DNA of 64,000 nt from Amphiscolops sp. MND2022 (lineage: Eukaryota). Below the pieces are notes generated by a model. That model was given only the letters and a program-made list of their open reading frames with translations. It ran no database searches and had not been told where the DNA came from. Numbering within the stretch: position 1 is the stretch's first letter; each line of letters starts with the position of its first letter. The stretch is from assembly GCA_964187785.1 (NCBI GenBank), contig OZ076409.1, positions 34,288,001 to 34,352,000 of the forward strand. Reading direction: 5' to 3'. Of the stretch, positions 22,720-37,700 are shown one piece after another. The translations under genes were made by a program, and so were the position numbers.

Positions 22720-24740
22720 GGGCAAGGTGGCGCCAGCAGAGCTGATTGCATCGAAGTTGCCACCGGTAATTGAAAAGTCGACTGGAGACTAGGATCTGAA
22801 GAAAAAGATCAAAAAACCGATTTGATGATTGAGACCATACCGGAGCTCTTACATGAAGAAGAACATGACCGGGTCAATATTTCAAACAACCTAATTTATG
22901 GAGGGAACGTGAAAAGCCACAAACAAGGAAATGGTCGGAAAAAATCCGAACATGACGTATATAGGAGAGGACCGGACTACCAACAAACAATTACAAAGAC
23001 AACTGATTTTAACAATGAGGACCATCAAATTGTCAGGCAGCACAACTGTGCACCCACAACCGCTGACTGCATGAATTGTAAAAAAAAAAGAAAATTATGG
23101 AAGGATGTGTCAGTTACCCAAAAAATACACCACTTTCAAAAGGCAACATTATCAGCAGTGGTAGACAACTTGATTTTTCACAAAGTTCAAAACAGAAACT
23201 GCCACAAAAAGGGAAAATACTATCATGCAACGCTACTGGTCAACAATGTACCAATCAAATATATAAGAGACAGTGGCTCTTTAGTAGCGCTGATACCGCA
23301 ACGTTTACTCACTAACGTCTCAACGGTTTGAAAAGAACAACGCTTCAAAATTGAACCTAACTAGAGAGATGTTAACAATAACAAAATTGATTGACAAACA
23401 AAAACAATGATGAAAACAACATCCGAGACACCTCAAATACCTCACGACAAGAGCGAAAGTGTCACCATTGATAGGATTGGACTGGATGGAGCAACTGGAA
23501 ATAACATTATGTGCAACAGCTCAGAACACAAAAATACACAATTAATACTGGACCAAACTGAAATTTCTTTCAAAGCTGAAAGAAATAAATCGATCCATTT
23601 TACAACATTCTTGAAACCAAAGCTTCTCAGTGAAACTGAAGTTAGAAGAAGGGACAAACAAAATACAACAGAAAGGCCGTGCTAAACCAATCCATTGACG
23701 AAACAAAGTGGCAGTAGAACGCTTGGTCGAAATCGGATATCAGGAGCTGCTGAAAGTGGAGCAACTGAAATTACTGTAAACTATTTTTAAATTCAGCGGT
23801 AGTAACAGTGGAGGAAGATAAAACAATCAAAATTGCCCTGTAATAAAAAATCAAACCAAGGTGGCATTCAAACGAAAAGCACAAATACCGAACATGGAAG
23901 AATTGAAGAAGATATCACGGAACAAATCGAATCGAACAAATATGACGGTGAACATCTGATATGGAGTGTTTAATTTTCTCGAAGAAACAAAACTTTCACG
24001 CATAATCATTGTACCGCGTCGAGAATTCACCAGGCAATACACGGTTCCCAAAAAACTTTCCACAGCTTGCGGATTCACCCAGAGTTTTACGACATCAGAC
24101 AGACAAAATATAGTGTTCCAACACGCGGCATGTTTGGACAACATACCTGTAGTAATTAAAATCAGCAATGGAAAACACGAATTGCAAGTGAAAGAAACAG
24201 TGAAAAAATCATAAAATGCAGGGTACAATTTACACTCAAAGCAGTGGTAGGACACAAAATTGATCAAGACGGATTCAATCTCTCGAACCCAAACTGAGAA
24301 CAATTACACAAAAAATTATCGAAGTAAACGAAAAAGAAGTGAAACCGTTCCTAAGAATTATAAAAACCTATTCAAAAACATTGAAAACTTCACGGCACAT
24401 ACGGATATACTGGAGAAGATACTGAAGAGACAAAGTGGATTTGGTCCGAAGAACAAACTAAAACAATTAGTTCAAGAAAAAAAATTAATGACATCGACCC
24501 TGTTTAGCACATTAGAAATCCAATAGTGAAAAGACTTTAACAACGGACACAAGCACAAAAAAGCAATGTTTTTGCAAATCAAAATGGTAGAATGTGGAAA
24601 CCAAACGTCTGTGCAGGCAGACTTTTATCAGATACAGAAAAGAAGTACGCAAAAAATGTAGTGAAGCGACTCGCAGTTGTGTGGGGGTTGTAAACTTTTC
24701 GTTTATACACGTGTGCATACCACGGACCAGCGACAACTAA
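22720..24740 (+). mobile_element. Heavily degraded gypsy gag-pol relic related to the 3038-8976 element
   Basis: YYHATLLVNNVPIKYIRDSGSLVALIP aligns with FYKAILLVHGQPIEFIIDTGSPVTIIP; KRKAQIPNMEEL with KRKAAMPNMEEL; ACLDNI with VWLDDI; CMNCKKK knuckle remnant. Confidence 0.85.
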
Positions 24741-25120
24741 CATTGCAAATGAGTTGGTTGCTGCACTTTCTGAAATTAGTAAGCTAATTTGTTTAGATCA
24801 CAAACTTTTAAAGCGGTCGCCAAGAAATGGATATTAGAATTGAAAGCATCGAAAGACGATGCGATCTATCTGATGAAACAATCAGGTTAACTACAAAATG
24901 AAAAACAGTTTTCGAACAGGAGATTACAGACTGCCGCAAAGAGAGTGGCAAAACGCAATCAACACAGTGTACAAAGCGGACCGAAAAAATAAAACTCTAA
25001 TAAAAACGAAGAAGAGTTTCGTGTCTACCAATTATTTAGGTCCTAGTTGTGAGCACTTTCATTAGCACTGTCGAATTACTCAACAGTATTACATCTATGT
25101 AATAAGATTGATTCGTATTT

Positions 25121-25660
25121 TTAGTCGGCGCATTTTAGTAGAAAATGTGCCCGACTATTACAGTGGGTAGTTTTTTTTTTTAGACACGAAAGGTCCACTT
25201 TTTGTTCATTTGTTCAACAACCTCCACAACTTCAAACCTCAACAACTCCATCCTCAGAAGCGTCCAAAACGAAAAGAAAAAACAAAACAGACGTCCACAA
25301 CCTCGAAATCACACTAAGGATCCCCACTTTTTTTCGGAACTATGCGACTTTTTGAAACTTTTTGGATTGAAATTTTTTCACCAAAGGGTCCCCCCTTCAA
25401 TTTTTTTTGATGTTTTGCAACACAATGGATGTCAAAAAATCGCAAAGGGTCCCCCCCTTTTACATTTTTCGGCACTGTGACACTGTTCAAAAATCTCATT
25501 TAAAAAATTTTTCGGAAATTTTTTCATGTCTCCAAAGGGTCCCCCCTTCAATTTTTTTTAATTTTTTGCAACCAGCTGGAGTTTCACAAAGCTCGAAGGG
25601 TCCCCCTTTCAAATTTTGAGCCTTAGATATGGCGCCGACTTTGGCCGTTCCCGGCTTGTT
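25121..25660 (+). mobile_element. Helentron-like non-autonomous element (HINE/DINE-1 architecture), family A
   Basis: T-run + subTIR AGTCGGCGC with a nearby partial inverted copy, internal AAGGGTCCCCCCTT repeats, 3' subTIR GCGCCGACT + GC-rich hairpin + CTTGTT. Confidence 0.75.
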
Positions 25661-26589
25661 TTTACATACTTGTGTAAAAAGATTGAATGCTTCATAAGGT
25701 ATATTCGAATCAAGAGTAAACTCACCATTCGATGGTGAACAACCCTGTTTGAGCAAAACCAGAGAAACTAAAAGTGGACTCATTCAACACCGCTAGAGTT
25801 GAAGACGATCAATGGATGATGACAAAGCTGAGAAAATTAGATGTTAGTAACATTTTTCCGAAATTATTTAGAAAAATAAAGCAGAAAAACAAATTTGAAA
25901 GTACATATGAAAGAAGATCACAAATAGGAGTGTCGGCAACGAAATTCACAAAACAATCGACATAAAAAAATAGTTCACCCATAAGTAAAATGCGTATGAT
26001 CCTGGAATCATTTCAGAACCAGAATCTTTTCACTATCCAGACGAAGAGAAACCCCGACGGACCAGATGGTCGGTTTTTTCATATGTCTTTCCGACATGAC
26101 GAAAGACCAGCAAGGCTGGTCCAATGACGAAAGAAGTTAATCAGAGACAAATCAACAGCAAGCTCTGCGGGCACAAACATTTTAAGAATGTATGTCGAAA
26201 ACGTAGAAACATGGATGAACATAAATAAATCCAAGTGAAAAAGTTCCGCATACCATCGCAATAGTGGAAAGAAACGGCGAAAATAACAATTTAGAAACTG
26301 GACAATTTAAAAATTTAAACCTTACTCATGAAAATTCTAAACCAAAAGTCAAAAAGTCTGCTAGAAGATCTTATCATCCGAGCACAAGATACGGTAACCC
26401 GATAACATTCTGACTATTACAGGTAACACTGTTCAAAGGTTTACCAACAAACTTTGAATAGTCATCAGAGTTGAAGGATACGAACGGAAAAAAGTGCAGA
26501 GACGAGATCAAAACCGTCTACAAACTGAAAACGGAAGCAGAACTCGTCGAACGAAGTATACAGTCCTTTTTAACCGTTGGTTAGTAGAT

Positions 26590-27085
26590 ACCACATATAT
26601 GTTGTGTCTTTTCTCGCAGCTGTCTTGGGTTACCAGATCCATTTTTGTTTGGAGGTTCAGTGTTTTTTTGCGGATGAGTTTTTCCCGTAATTTTTTATCG
26701 GTAATACTGGTGATAAATTTCAAAATGAGCAGATCTTCTTGTTTGATGTCCTTGAATTCGCAATTAGTTGTATATTGTTCCTTACGGTGGTCATGTTTTC
26801 TTGGTTTGTTAAAATTCGGTATCACACGGTTAAAAGAATAAAATCTGCTACTGCGCCATGTTGTATTCTCAGAAAGCTAGGTAAAACGGTGTTTTCTATT
26901 TAAGAGTTAACTATCGTATCAAAGTATCCGATCACTGTATCAAAATGTATTCTAAATGGTTTCATGCATGAGTAACATACATAGACAGCAATTAGAGTTT
27001 TGTTGGTCAATAGCACCAAATGTCTCTCCGTCTGATGTCCGTATTAACGGTTAAAGGTTTAGAGGTCATGTCTGCATATGTCACA
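26590..27085 (-). mobile_element. 5' fragment of a gypsy element: LTR (27085-26859), PBS and gag remnant
   Basis: Minus strand TGTGACA...ACAACA (227 bp) followed by PBS TGGCGCAGTAGCAG; CEFKDIKQEDLLILKFITSITDKKLREKLIR aligns with Gag CDFGNITAEEIITYKFASTIKDKKARDKFIR. Confidence 0.8.
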
Positions 27086-27498
27086 GTTATCACTTTATGT
27101 CACTTGTTCTAGTAATCAAACATTGACCGTTGGATCAGTCAGTTACAACCTAAGATACAGGGGGAATGTGACAAATTGATTTTTGTTAAAAGTTCATAAT
27201 GCTAAAGAAGCCCCCCAGATAGGTTATATTCATTGTTGAAGACCATCTCAATTCTACGTTTGCGTATCTAGCAAACACAATAGTTTGAATAATTTATTCG
27301 TTTCTACATACTTCAGGAGTGACTCAGGAAAATTTCTACCATTGCTACGTTTCCCCGCTTTGTTTGCCACGTTCATTTTAATAACCAAATAAGAGTGTCT
27401 ATTCCACTGCATTCATCTGCTGAAGAATGAGCTTCAGACCTTTTGTATTCGGTGAAAACATTTCTGCAAAGAATGCCCACAAAGTATTCGATCACATT

Positions 27499-30378
27499 TT
27501 ATTTTCCGCCCATATTTCATATATGGAAAAGGAAAATATTCAAATCAAACGAGTTTTTTTTTAACAAAATTAGCCAAGCGCCAAATTTATATTTAACTTT
27601 AAAGGTGTTACCCATAGAACTCAACTCACAAAATTTTAGCTTCGTGCGATATGTATTATTGAAGAATTCTGGACTTTTTTAGTTGACCCCAACGACCCCA
27701 GAATGACCCAAAAAGAACAAAATTTGGTAAAAATTGCCTATTTTTTTACGTTTTAATGCAATTTTTCGATAGAGATCGTGAATTAGAATGTTAAAAACGT
27801 TCAACAAGGCACGAACTCGTTGTCCAATAGTCCCAATAGTCTTCTATTGAGAGGTAATTGCTGTTTCCCTAATAAAAGATACCTCAAACTGACACAAAAG
27901 TGACAAAAAAAATCGAAGTTCCGTTCTCAACGTTTTTATGCAATTTTTGCCAAATTTTCGATAAACTTCATGGATTAAAACGTTGAAAAGGCTCAACGGG
28001 GCACGAATTTGTTGTCCAGTAGGCTTTTTCGAAGAAATATTTGCTGTTTTCTAATTGAAAAACATCTGAGATTGTCACCGAAAATGACCAAAATCCCAAA
28101 ATTTTTCATATTTCAAAGTTTTAATGCAATTTTGTCAAATTTTCGACAGACTTTGTGGATTGGAATGTTGAAAATAGTCAAAAAGAAAAGAGAAATTTTC
28201 CAGTAGGATTTTACGAAGAGTTTATTGCAGCTTTGCAAAAAAAAATCTCAAATTTACACCGAAAATGACAAAAAACCAAAAAAAAATCCGATTTTTAACA
28301 TTTTTATGCAATTTTTGTCACAATTTCGACAGACTCCGTAGGTTGGGATTGGAAAGTTAAAAACGTTCACCAAAGTAGCAACTCGTTGTCCAGTAGTCTT
28401 CAAAAATGAGATAGTTTCAGTTTTTCAGTGAAAAAGAGTCTCAAATTGACAACGAAAATGCCAAAAACTCAAAATTTTCCATTTTTCAAAGATTTTATGC
28501 AATTTTTGTCACAATTTCGACAGACTCCGTAGATTGGGATTGGAATGTTGAAAACGTTCACCAAGGTTGCAACTCGTTGTCCAGTAGACTTTAGAGATGA
28601 GAAAATTTCAGTTTTTTGAATGAAAAAGAGTCTCAAATTGGCACTGAAATTGACAAAAACCTCAAAGTTTTTCAATTTTTGAAGCTTTTATGCAGTTTTT
28701 TCCAAATTTTCGACAAACTCCGGGAAATGGAATGTTTGATAGATCAACAAAGAAAGATTTTGTTGTCCAGTATGCTTAGTGGAAATGCAGTTTTTGAAAT
28801 AAAAAACGTCTGGAATTGACATCGAAACAGACAAAACTTCTCTCGTTTATTACTATTTTTGTTCAATTTTCGTCAAACTACCGAGAGACTTCTCAGAGTA
28901 GAATGTTAAAACCCCCTAAACAATGAGAAACTTGCTGTTTTTGTGCGCTTTCGTCAAGAGAAAGGTTCAATGTCTAAAGAAAATGCTTCAAATTGATCCT
29001 GAAATTGTCGAAATATTTGAGTTTCAGTTGAATTTCCGAGAGTTTTCGTCATAATTCTAACACTATCAACAACGGAAGAACGAGCTATGCATTACAATTT
29101 TTGATAGGAACGTTCCAGCCTTTTGCCACATCTTCGTTTTTTCACAACGTATGTCTACTTTATGAAACGTTTTGGAGTCAGAATGATGGCAAACGTTCAA
29201 CAAAGATTGAACTCATAATTCTGTCGAGTTTTAAAGAAATATCTGCGGAATTGGTTTGGAAAATGGCTCAAAACTGACCGCAAAAACTCAAAAACGTCAA
29301 CATTTTTGCCGATCTTTTACATTTTTATTATTTGGATTGGAAAATCCAATTCGTATTTGAGATTGGAAAATTTCGGTAAAACGAAAGCTTCAAAGAGATC
29401 CAGATGGTAAGAGTAGATCCATAGCACGTTTTTTAAACAAACGTTTACATATTATATGGCAGAGTGTTTTCTCAGAATGACCCAGATAATGTAAAAACTG
29501 GAATTTTCAAGTTTTCGTTAACATTTTCAGGCCGTTCCTTGTACAGTTTTCGATCTACTCCCTTGCATAAAAAGTTTTAAAGGCTTAACAATGACTAATG
29601 ACTAATCCTGGTATCCAGTAGGCAATTTTGAATATATCATTGCACTCTTTTGTCTAAATTGGCCTCAAAGCACCCAAAATCCATCAAAAAACAAAAAAGC
29701 ACGTTTTTAACAAATTATTCCCAATTTTTGTTCAAACCACGAAACTGTTCGTAGAATAGAACTTCCATCAACCCGAGCATTGAAACAATAACATATTTGA
29801 AACGCAATTTGGGAAAAAAGTAGGAAGGTTGTCGAGTTTACAACAAAGGTGTCAAAAGTTCCGATTTTCCTCAATTTTTGACAACACAGTCCCAGTTTTG
29901 GACCCTTTCAAGTTCATTTACTTCAATCAGAAAACCCATAGGCTCAGGGTTAAAAAGGCGTAGCTACCGGTAGTGTTTCAAAAAGATATCAGACTCGAAA
30001 ACCACTTTTTCACCAACAGGAATCACACGAAGTCAATTTTTTTAAAAAAAATTCGGTGAAAATTTATGATGGCGAAACAAGGGGGAAACTTATTTCCCTT
30101 ACAGAAAACCTCAAAAACTAAAAATTGCCAAAAATGTTTTTCGAAAATTGTTTTCGGAAGAGAATATGAAAAATTTCTTTTACTCGGTAAGTTTCATAAT
30201 GCTTTAAAAACGAAAACTGGCCAGCTATCGCAGAAATGATGAAATAGTTGTTTCCTTTAAAAATGGGCAAAGATGAATCGAAGTTTTCTTTCCTTCGAAC
30301 TTCTTGAGCCTCAAATTGAATTAGTTGTAGAACAGTTCGGGGCGGAAAATTTCTCGCTGCTCAGCGGGCGTCTTGCTT
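27499..30378 (+). mobile_element. Helentron-like element family B with internal ~185-bp tandem array
   Basis: 5' TT-ATTTTCCGCCC, 3' GGGCGGAAAAT + hairpin CTCGCTG-CT-CAGCGGG + CTTG; repeat units at about 27786, 27978, 28163, 28352, 28543, 28730. Confidence 0.8.
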
Positions 30379-33236
30379 TTTTTGCAGTTTCGGTATATTA
30401 TTTGAGGTTTACAAGCCTAGTGTAATTACATTGTAAACAACGAAATAAAGAATTCAAAAAACTGCTTCGGGCCAAAAAGGTTCAAAATGGTTTCAAGTTA
30501 GTCAAACAGGTCAATAATGTTTTAACTGTTTCTTCGAAATTTTTTTTGGGCCCTCACAATATATTGTCTTGGGGGCGGTAAATCATCAATTGTGTAGCAT
30601 TTTTTTCTCAAAATTCTACCAAAAATCCACTTCGGTGATTTTCCAATTAGTTTCTTACAGCAATGTGGGACTGTTGATAGGGAGCAGGGTTCTGTATTCG
30701 AAAATACGAAATTTTGACGTTATATCCGATGTAAATTTTAAGTTCAACTTGAGGTTGGAAAGGTTCCCCTTTAGCTTTTTCATTATTGATTAGCTTTTTC
30801 TCATTGATACTTTTAGTCCCATGGATCTGATGAGAGTTTTCTCAATAATTTGGTATTTTTCGTCATTGTGCGACTTTTCTTCGAAAAGAAATTTTGTTTA
30901 GTCAAAGTATACTCCTTCACTTGTATGAATGTTTCAGCTTGAAACAATTGTTTTGCGAGCTCAAAGCTCCATTTTTGGCACTTTGAGACTTTTTCCGAAA
31001 AAAAAATTTGGTAAAAAGGTATTTCTTGGAAAATTGGGTTTTTTATTGTTTCCAGTTGGTTGTCATGCGTTTCCCTCCAGGTGTTTTTGGCACTAGAAAA
31101 TTAGACAAAGATTTTAATAGAAATGTCTTTTGCATATTCAAGAAACTTGTTTTTAAAAAAAAACTTAAGCGGGGTGCTGACTTGGGCCGTTCCTGGTTGG
31201 TTTTCGGAAGCTAGACCTGATTGCTTGAGAGCCAAAAAGATCCGTTGCATAGCGGGTGTCTTGTTTTATTTCAAATGTTTTCGTGTGTGAACAGATCCAC
31301 AGCGTTCAACGACGAAACAGCTGCACATTACGCTTTCAGAAGTTGTTTGCAAGAATTAACCCACGAAAGCTGTAAAGTTTTCAAGGTCCGAATAATTTTT
31401 TTCGTACATTTTTCGTACAAAATTAGCAAGTGTTCGTGGAAATAGATTTCCAGTAAACATATAAATACCAACTGAAGTTTTTGGAAAGGAAAGCAGTAGT
31501 TCATTAATACCAAATCATTGAAAAACAAAAAAGCAAGAAATGCAAACTTTCTCAAATTTCTAAATTGCTATGCATTTCTTGTACGGTTTTTAGGATATGT
31601 TTGTGAGGAATAAAAAGTCAAAAACAATCTCCCACGTAGCATGATTTTTTAAACACAAATAAAATTATTGTTTTTTTTTAAAAAAAAAACTCAAATGACA
31701 AGCGCGACTAATATAGTGGCGTTTCGTTGGCTCTTTTTCCAATCCACCCAAAATGCTAAAATAATTCTTTAAATTCTCTACAAAATCCTGCCTGAAATGA
31801 CCATTTGGCCTGGCGAACTGAAGTCTTTAACCTTTTTTCTGATACGAAAAAAATTTTTTGCGGTAGATCCAAATTTTTGACGTTATACCCGAACTATATT
31901 GTTTTGTTAAGAAGGAGGCGGATGTTCGATAAAAAAGCCCTTCCATTGGTCCCACCACGCTATAACTGAACAATTAACTGTGTTCAACTATTGATTTTTC
32001 CCCAATAGGAACTTTCAAATAGCTTACTAAATGATGGAAAACTACACTGCATGTTTTTACATACTTCGAATATGACGTTTTTCGTTGAAAAAACTCTTAC
32101 AACCCCGAATCAGCTAATATTTCTCAAAATTCCGACTTGCTTCTTTAGCAAAATTTGAGTCGTTTCAAAAAAACCTTCGGTTGTCAGAATATCTGTAGAA
32201 TTGAAAGGCGACTGAATTAGCTGTTTAGAATGCTTCACAGAAGGGGGAACTAAAAATCGTAAAATATTCAAAGCGTCGAAACCATAGTGGAAAGTTTACA
32301 GTAAATACTGCGCGTCATAATCATGTGATAAAAATTTCAATCAATGAGCCAATCACATTCCAATCAAATGAATACAGCACAAGCGACGAACTAATTACGA
32401 TAATGTAATCAGCTACGCTTACATACCCCTAGTGTCCTAAATGCATGAACGAAGCGGAACGACGTGCCATATGGCCATGCCTCAATGTTACTTGGGGAAG
32501 GGAGCGCAGCGATCAAGCCATACAACAAATATGCTATGCTCTTCAAATAATAACCTGTAAATAATCGCTGCTATGGAATTCTTTCGACACTTTGAATATG
32601 TTAAATTTTTCGACGTTTTGAATATTCAACGATTTGAGAAGTCACTTCACAGAAAAGAAAATATAATTCTTTGGTCAATATTTGATGCAAAATTAGTTGC
32701 AAAAGTGAACGTTTTTCAAATTTCGACTTACGTAATTGAACGTAATTTCACAAAAGTATGCAAAATTTCAGTCTTCGAACTCCGTGAGTACTGACGTCCA
32801 CCAAAAAATGTTCAAAAATATCTAAGCATGGTCGAAATATAAATTTGTCTGTGGACAGCAATATACATCAAGTTCAAATTTTCTCCCAAGAAATGCGTGA
32901 AAGGTACCACAAAGTAGCTTCACAGCAAATTTATTTGAAATTTTTGTTGGACCTTGCATTCAGAAAAAGGTTGCGAAGAAACAAAAAACTCAAATTTTTC
33001 GGTTTTCCAATTTTTTTCAGCTGAACAAGGTATATAGACTTAAGAATATGTCGTTGCTGGAATAATATCAGGCGGAAAGTATGTCGTCGCTCAGCGAGTG
33101 TCTTGTTTTTTTTCGGTCACAGTTTTTTCTTCGATTAGTCCAGAATTGCGAAAATGTTGGCTTTAATCATTGTCGAAAGTTCGTTTCTGCTTTTGTTCCG
33201 ATTTTGGTGATGTAACGAAATCAAAATGAGTGGTAT

Positions 33237-34348
33237 CCCAGTGTTCGAAGCCATGGAACGCTTGCCATGATCATGGTTAATCTTGCTAAATCATGGTTAA
33301 CCATGGTACCCTTGTCAAGATCATGGCTAATCATGATACATGGAACGCTTGCCAAGATCATGGCAAGATCGTGGCAAGATCTTGGCAAGATAACCATGGT
33401 TTGTCATGGTCCTTGCCAAGGATATCATGTCAAAAATTCGATTGAACCATTTTCAGTTATTGTCCGTGTCCTAGTTGAAATTTAAGGGGCGCGAATAACG
33501 TCTGAAGGAATAACACCTAAAATAACGTGTTCCGGGAATAACGTCTAAACGAATAACGTTATTCCTGCTCTCTGTTGGAATTCACTGTTTCTTTAATTTC
33601 TTTAACTGCTGATTATCTGTTTCAATCAATGATGCTTTTACCTTTCATTTGATATTATATTAGTCTCTAGATATTTGAAGAAACTTACTGGTTTTCCATT
33701 CTTTTTGGATGTTGGATTTGTTGTTTGTATTTCATTTTTGATGATATATTAGCCTCAAATTTGTGAAAAATGTCAATGATTTTCATGCTGAATGGCTGTT
33801 CAATCAATGATGCCTTTTGTTTTTCATTCGATATATACTAGTCTCTAAATATTTGAAAGTATTTAGTGGTTTTTCTTTCTTTTTAGATGTTAAATTTGCT
33901 GTACTTTGTAATTGATTTTTGATGTAATAGCCTCGAATAAATGAAAAATGTCTCTTTTAATGGACAGTTTACTGAAACGTTTTTGATACGAGTGAGTTTT
34001 CTAGACGAGTAGCTGAAGGTTCAGTGCAAAAATTTCTGCGGAATAAGATCTGAATGCAAAACGGGAATAACGTCTAAAGCAGCGATCGGGAACATGAATT
34101 TTGCAATGAAACCATGGTTTCGAATAATGAGAATTCTCAAAAAAAAACGGATTTGCTACCATGGAACCCTTGGCAAGAACATGGGTAATCATGGCATCCT
34201 TGCCAAGATCATGGTTAGCCTTTGCACGATCTTGCATGGCCATGGCATCCTTGCCAAGATCATGGCAAGATCATGGCAAGATCTTGGCAAGGCTACCAAG
34301 GAACTTGCCATGGATCTTGGCAAGGATGCCATGGTTTCGAACACTGGG
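33237..34348. mobile_element. MITE with CCC...GGG termini and 2-bp TSD AT (EnSpm/CACTA-like)
   Basis: TIR CCCAGTGTTCGAA.CCATGG, subterminal CTTGCCAAGATC repeats at both ends, and an internal ~175-bp duplication. Confidence 0.88.
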
Positions 34349-35383
34349 ATAACTCCAATTTTGAAACTGCCGGGGGCAATTCAGTCAAGTTATGGTTAGT
34401 TAAGTTTCCACAATGGTGTAGGGAAACCGGAAAAATATATAAAGGTAATAAAATTGTACATATGTGGTGGGAACAGAATGATCATACTTTTGAAGTCTTA
34501 AGTCGTAATTACTATGCAAAACTGAATTGATGGTCTCTATGTTATATTTGCTACGATAGTTTGAGCTAACACGCAACTTTGTCTTGAAACTTCATTTTAT
34601 TTTTTTTATTACCTTCGTTATATTCGACGAGTTTTCCGCATACCGATGATAATTTGAAAGATGACGCTTCTTAAAGAAGTTAATTATGTAAATTATACAC
34701 CTAGAGTCTTGAAGTAGTATTTTTAAAAAAAACCGTTTATTCGAACTTATCAAACCACCAAGCAAAAACAAAATACTGCAAGTCAAAGAACACGGACGGG
34801 AAACAAACTATTAACTACATAACCGCCATATATTCAGATTTAAAGAAGCAGAAGCAAAAATGGATGGAAAAGCACATATAAAGCCTCAAGTTATATTCCG
34901 TTCATCCTGCTAACTTGAAATCGGTCAAAAAATTTCTACAAAAAACCAAGAGGTACAAAAATCACTTCGTAGTCCAAAACACCCTTTTCCGGAAAATCGG
35001 GTCAACTGTGATAACGACGAAAATTTGTTAGTCTTCCTTGACTTAAATTATGCCTTTTAATTTTTTATGCATAACTGACCTGCTTTGCTAAACCTCAGAG
35101 AAGTGAACAAATACCGCGGCTCGATAAAATTTACTCCTATACTGGCCCCAAAATAGTGACTCTGCTCCCAACGTAGACATGTCACCAAAATTCAAGTCAA
35201 GTTTTAACTGGAGTTTTAAAATACGAGGAAAGATGCCAATTGTTTCCGTAATTGCTTGTTGAACAGCTAAAAAATTGGCGTAAACTAATAAGACTACGGT
35301 CGCTAAATCTCATTCTATTAGTTGGCCGTTTATGAAATAAAGCGTGAATATTATCATGAGTTTTCGTCGTTTTATTTCTGTTT

Positions 35384-37700
35384 TTATTTTCCGCCCATAT
35401 TCCATATGGGAAAAGAAAATAAATGAATCAATCGGGTCTTTTCTTTAAATTTGTCATGTTCTAAATTTATATTCAAGTTGAAGCGTGTCACTCATAGAAT
35501 TCAACTCACATATATTTGGCTCCGTGCAACATGCAATTGTAGAGATTTTCGGACTTTTTTGGTTGACCCCAAAAACCCAAAATGACTGAGGAATGACCCC
35601 AAAAATGACAAAAACCCTAAAATTTCGAATTTTTTAAACACTTTTTTGCATACTTTGTAAAACTTTCGACAGACTTGGTAGTATAGAATATAGAACTAGT
35701 TCAACAAAGAAAGAAATTGTTGTCCAGGAGGCTTCTCCGGGAAAATAAGAGCAATTTTTTAACGACCGAGATTGACAAAAGCAAGCAAAAAACTCCGACT
35801 TTGTACATTTTTATACTATTTTTGTCAATTTTCGATAGTCTTGGTGGCTTAGAATGTTTAAAATGAAGTTTTCCAACATTCTGTTTTGAAGAGATAAATG
35901 CACTTCTCTAAAGAAAAACGCCTCAAATTGCGAACAAAACTGACAAAAATTTCATAAAGATTTTTTTAACAATACAATGCAATTTTTGAAACTTTGATGT
36001 ACTCCGTGGCATGGAAAGGTGGAAAAATTCGACAAATATCAAATTTGTTGTCCAGAAAAAAACTTTTATGAGAAAAAAGTCAGTTTCTAATTCAAAAATG
36101 CCTCAACTTTGACCAAAACTGACAAAATATTAACATTTAACATTTTATGCTATTTTTGTCAGTTTTTCGATCAACTTCGTAAATCAAAAATTAAATTTTG
36201 AAACGTTCAAAAAGCAAATCCTTCGTAGTCCAGTAGACTTTTGTGTACAGATAAACCCTATTTGTTTGATAGATATATGCATCCAATTGAAACGAAAAAA
36301 AATCAGAAAATCGAAAATTTTCTAATTTTTGTCGCTTTTCCATACATTTTGTGTTCCATTCCCATTAGTTTTCATAATTAAGAGGATTCACGAAGACGAA
36401 AAAACTAGGTACGCTGTAAATAGAAAGTTGCAGTGCTTGAGTCAAAAAGATTTCAGAATGACTTCAACTGAGACGAAAAATTGGATAAACTCGTTTCTTT
36501 CCCATAGTTTTTATTGTTCTTTCTGTGAACTTTTGGAAAATTCTGTAGTAAAACTGTTGAAAAAAATCAAAAATTGGTAAAAATTGTCCTCAAGTAGGCT
36601 TTTAAAAAGTTTTTCGAATTGACCCCATAAAAGTCAAAAATATCAAATTTCACACTTTTACAGACTTTTTGTACAGTTCTTAATAACATTTCAGTTCTTT
36701 GAAAAATTCGGCTCCGGACTAAATTTCTAACCAGGCAGTATGCCTTTCAGAGGAAAAATGGCAGTATTCTAGAAAGAACGATACAGGTTGACCAAAGCAG
36801 TCGAAAATCCAAAGAAAATTCGAACCTAGACGTTTTTCTTTTGCAAAGTTTGAAATGTCGTCGAGAGGTTTCATTTGATTGAGCAAAAGAAAGATGCACC
36901 AAACAAACGCGGGCCGTAGAATTTGCGCTCTGGGTAAAAATTTAGTTTCTTGAAACAAAAGTGCCTACAGTTGAACCCCAAAATAATCGAAATCCTCAAA
37001 GTCTCCAAACTTTTCAGTAATTCAGTGATTTTTTATTTAAAACTATGGACGTTGGTGAATTAGAAGATTGAGGTAGAGCCAAACGATACAAGCACTTTCG
37101 CAGCATGCTTTCGAATGAGAAGTTTGCACTTTTTATGTAAGAAAAAAAACCTCAATGTCCCAAAATTAGGAAAAGTTTCTGACAATTCAATTCTTTTTTT
37201 TTCAAAAAATTTTTTGAGCAATTTTGTGGCATGCAAACGATAAAGTTGAGAAACTCAAAAGGGAACAAACTCAGTATCCAGTGTATCCAGTGGTCTTTTT
37301 TGAAGTTATAATTACTATTTCTTGTGAAAATCGGGCTCAAAAATACCGCAAAAACTAGAAAAAAAGGTTTTGAAAAAAATTGGAATAGGGCCATCTTTTG
37401 TTGAAGTCACGAAATTTTTGTAGAATAGGTAGTCCATTGACCTGAATGTTGAAAAAATAGTTTTTCTGAACGCTGGTTGGGAAAGATAATGGGATTAAGT
37501 TCATCCAATTTGAGAACAAAGTAGTCAAATGTTCTGAAATTTTTCATTTATCGACCACATACTCCTAATTTTTGTCATTTCCAAATGTGTTCCTCAACTA
37601 GAAGCAGCATAGGCTTAGGGACGAAACGTGGAGCTAAAAGTACTGGTTTCGAAAAGAAATCGCACTTCTGATAAAAATTAACATCAAGAAAAACTCCCTC
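35384..37700 (+). mobile_element. Family B Helentron-like element, diverged, 3' end not found
   Basis: Same 5' start ATTTTCCGCCCATATT...GTTGACCCC and degenerate ~185-bp units; right boundary approximate. Confidence 0.65.

Noticed and set aside
30827..30850. CTGATGA-GAGTTTTCTC resembling a hammerhead ribozyme core
   Set aside because: No GAAA after the putative stem II and no stems I/III with a cleavage triplet.
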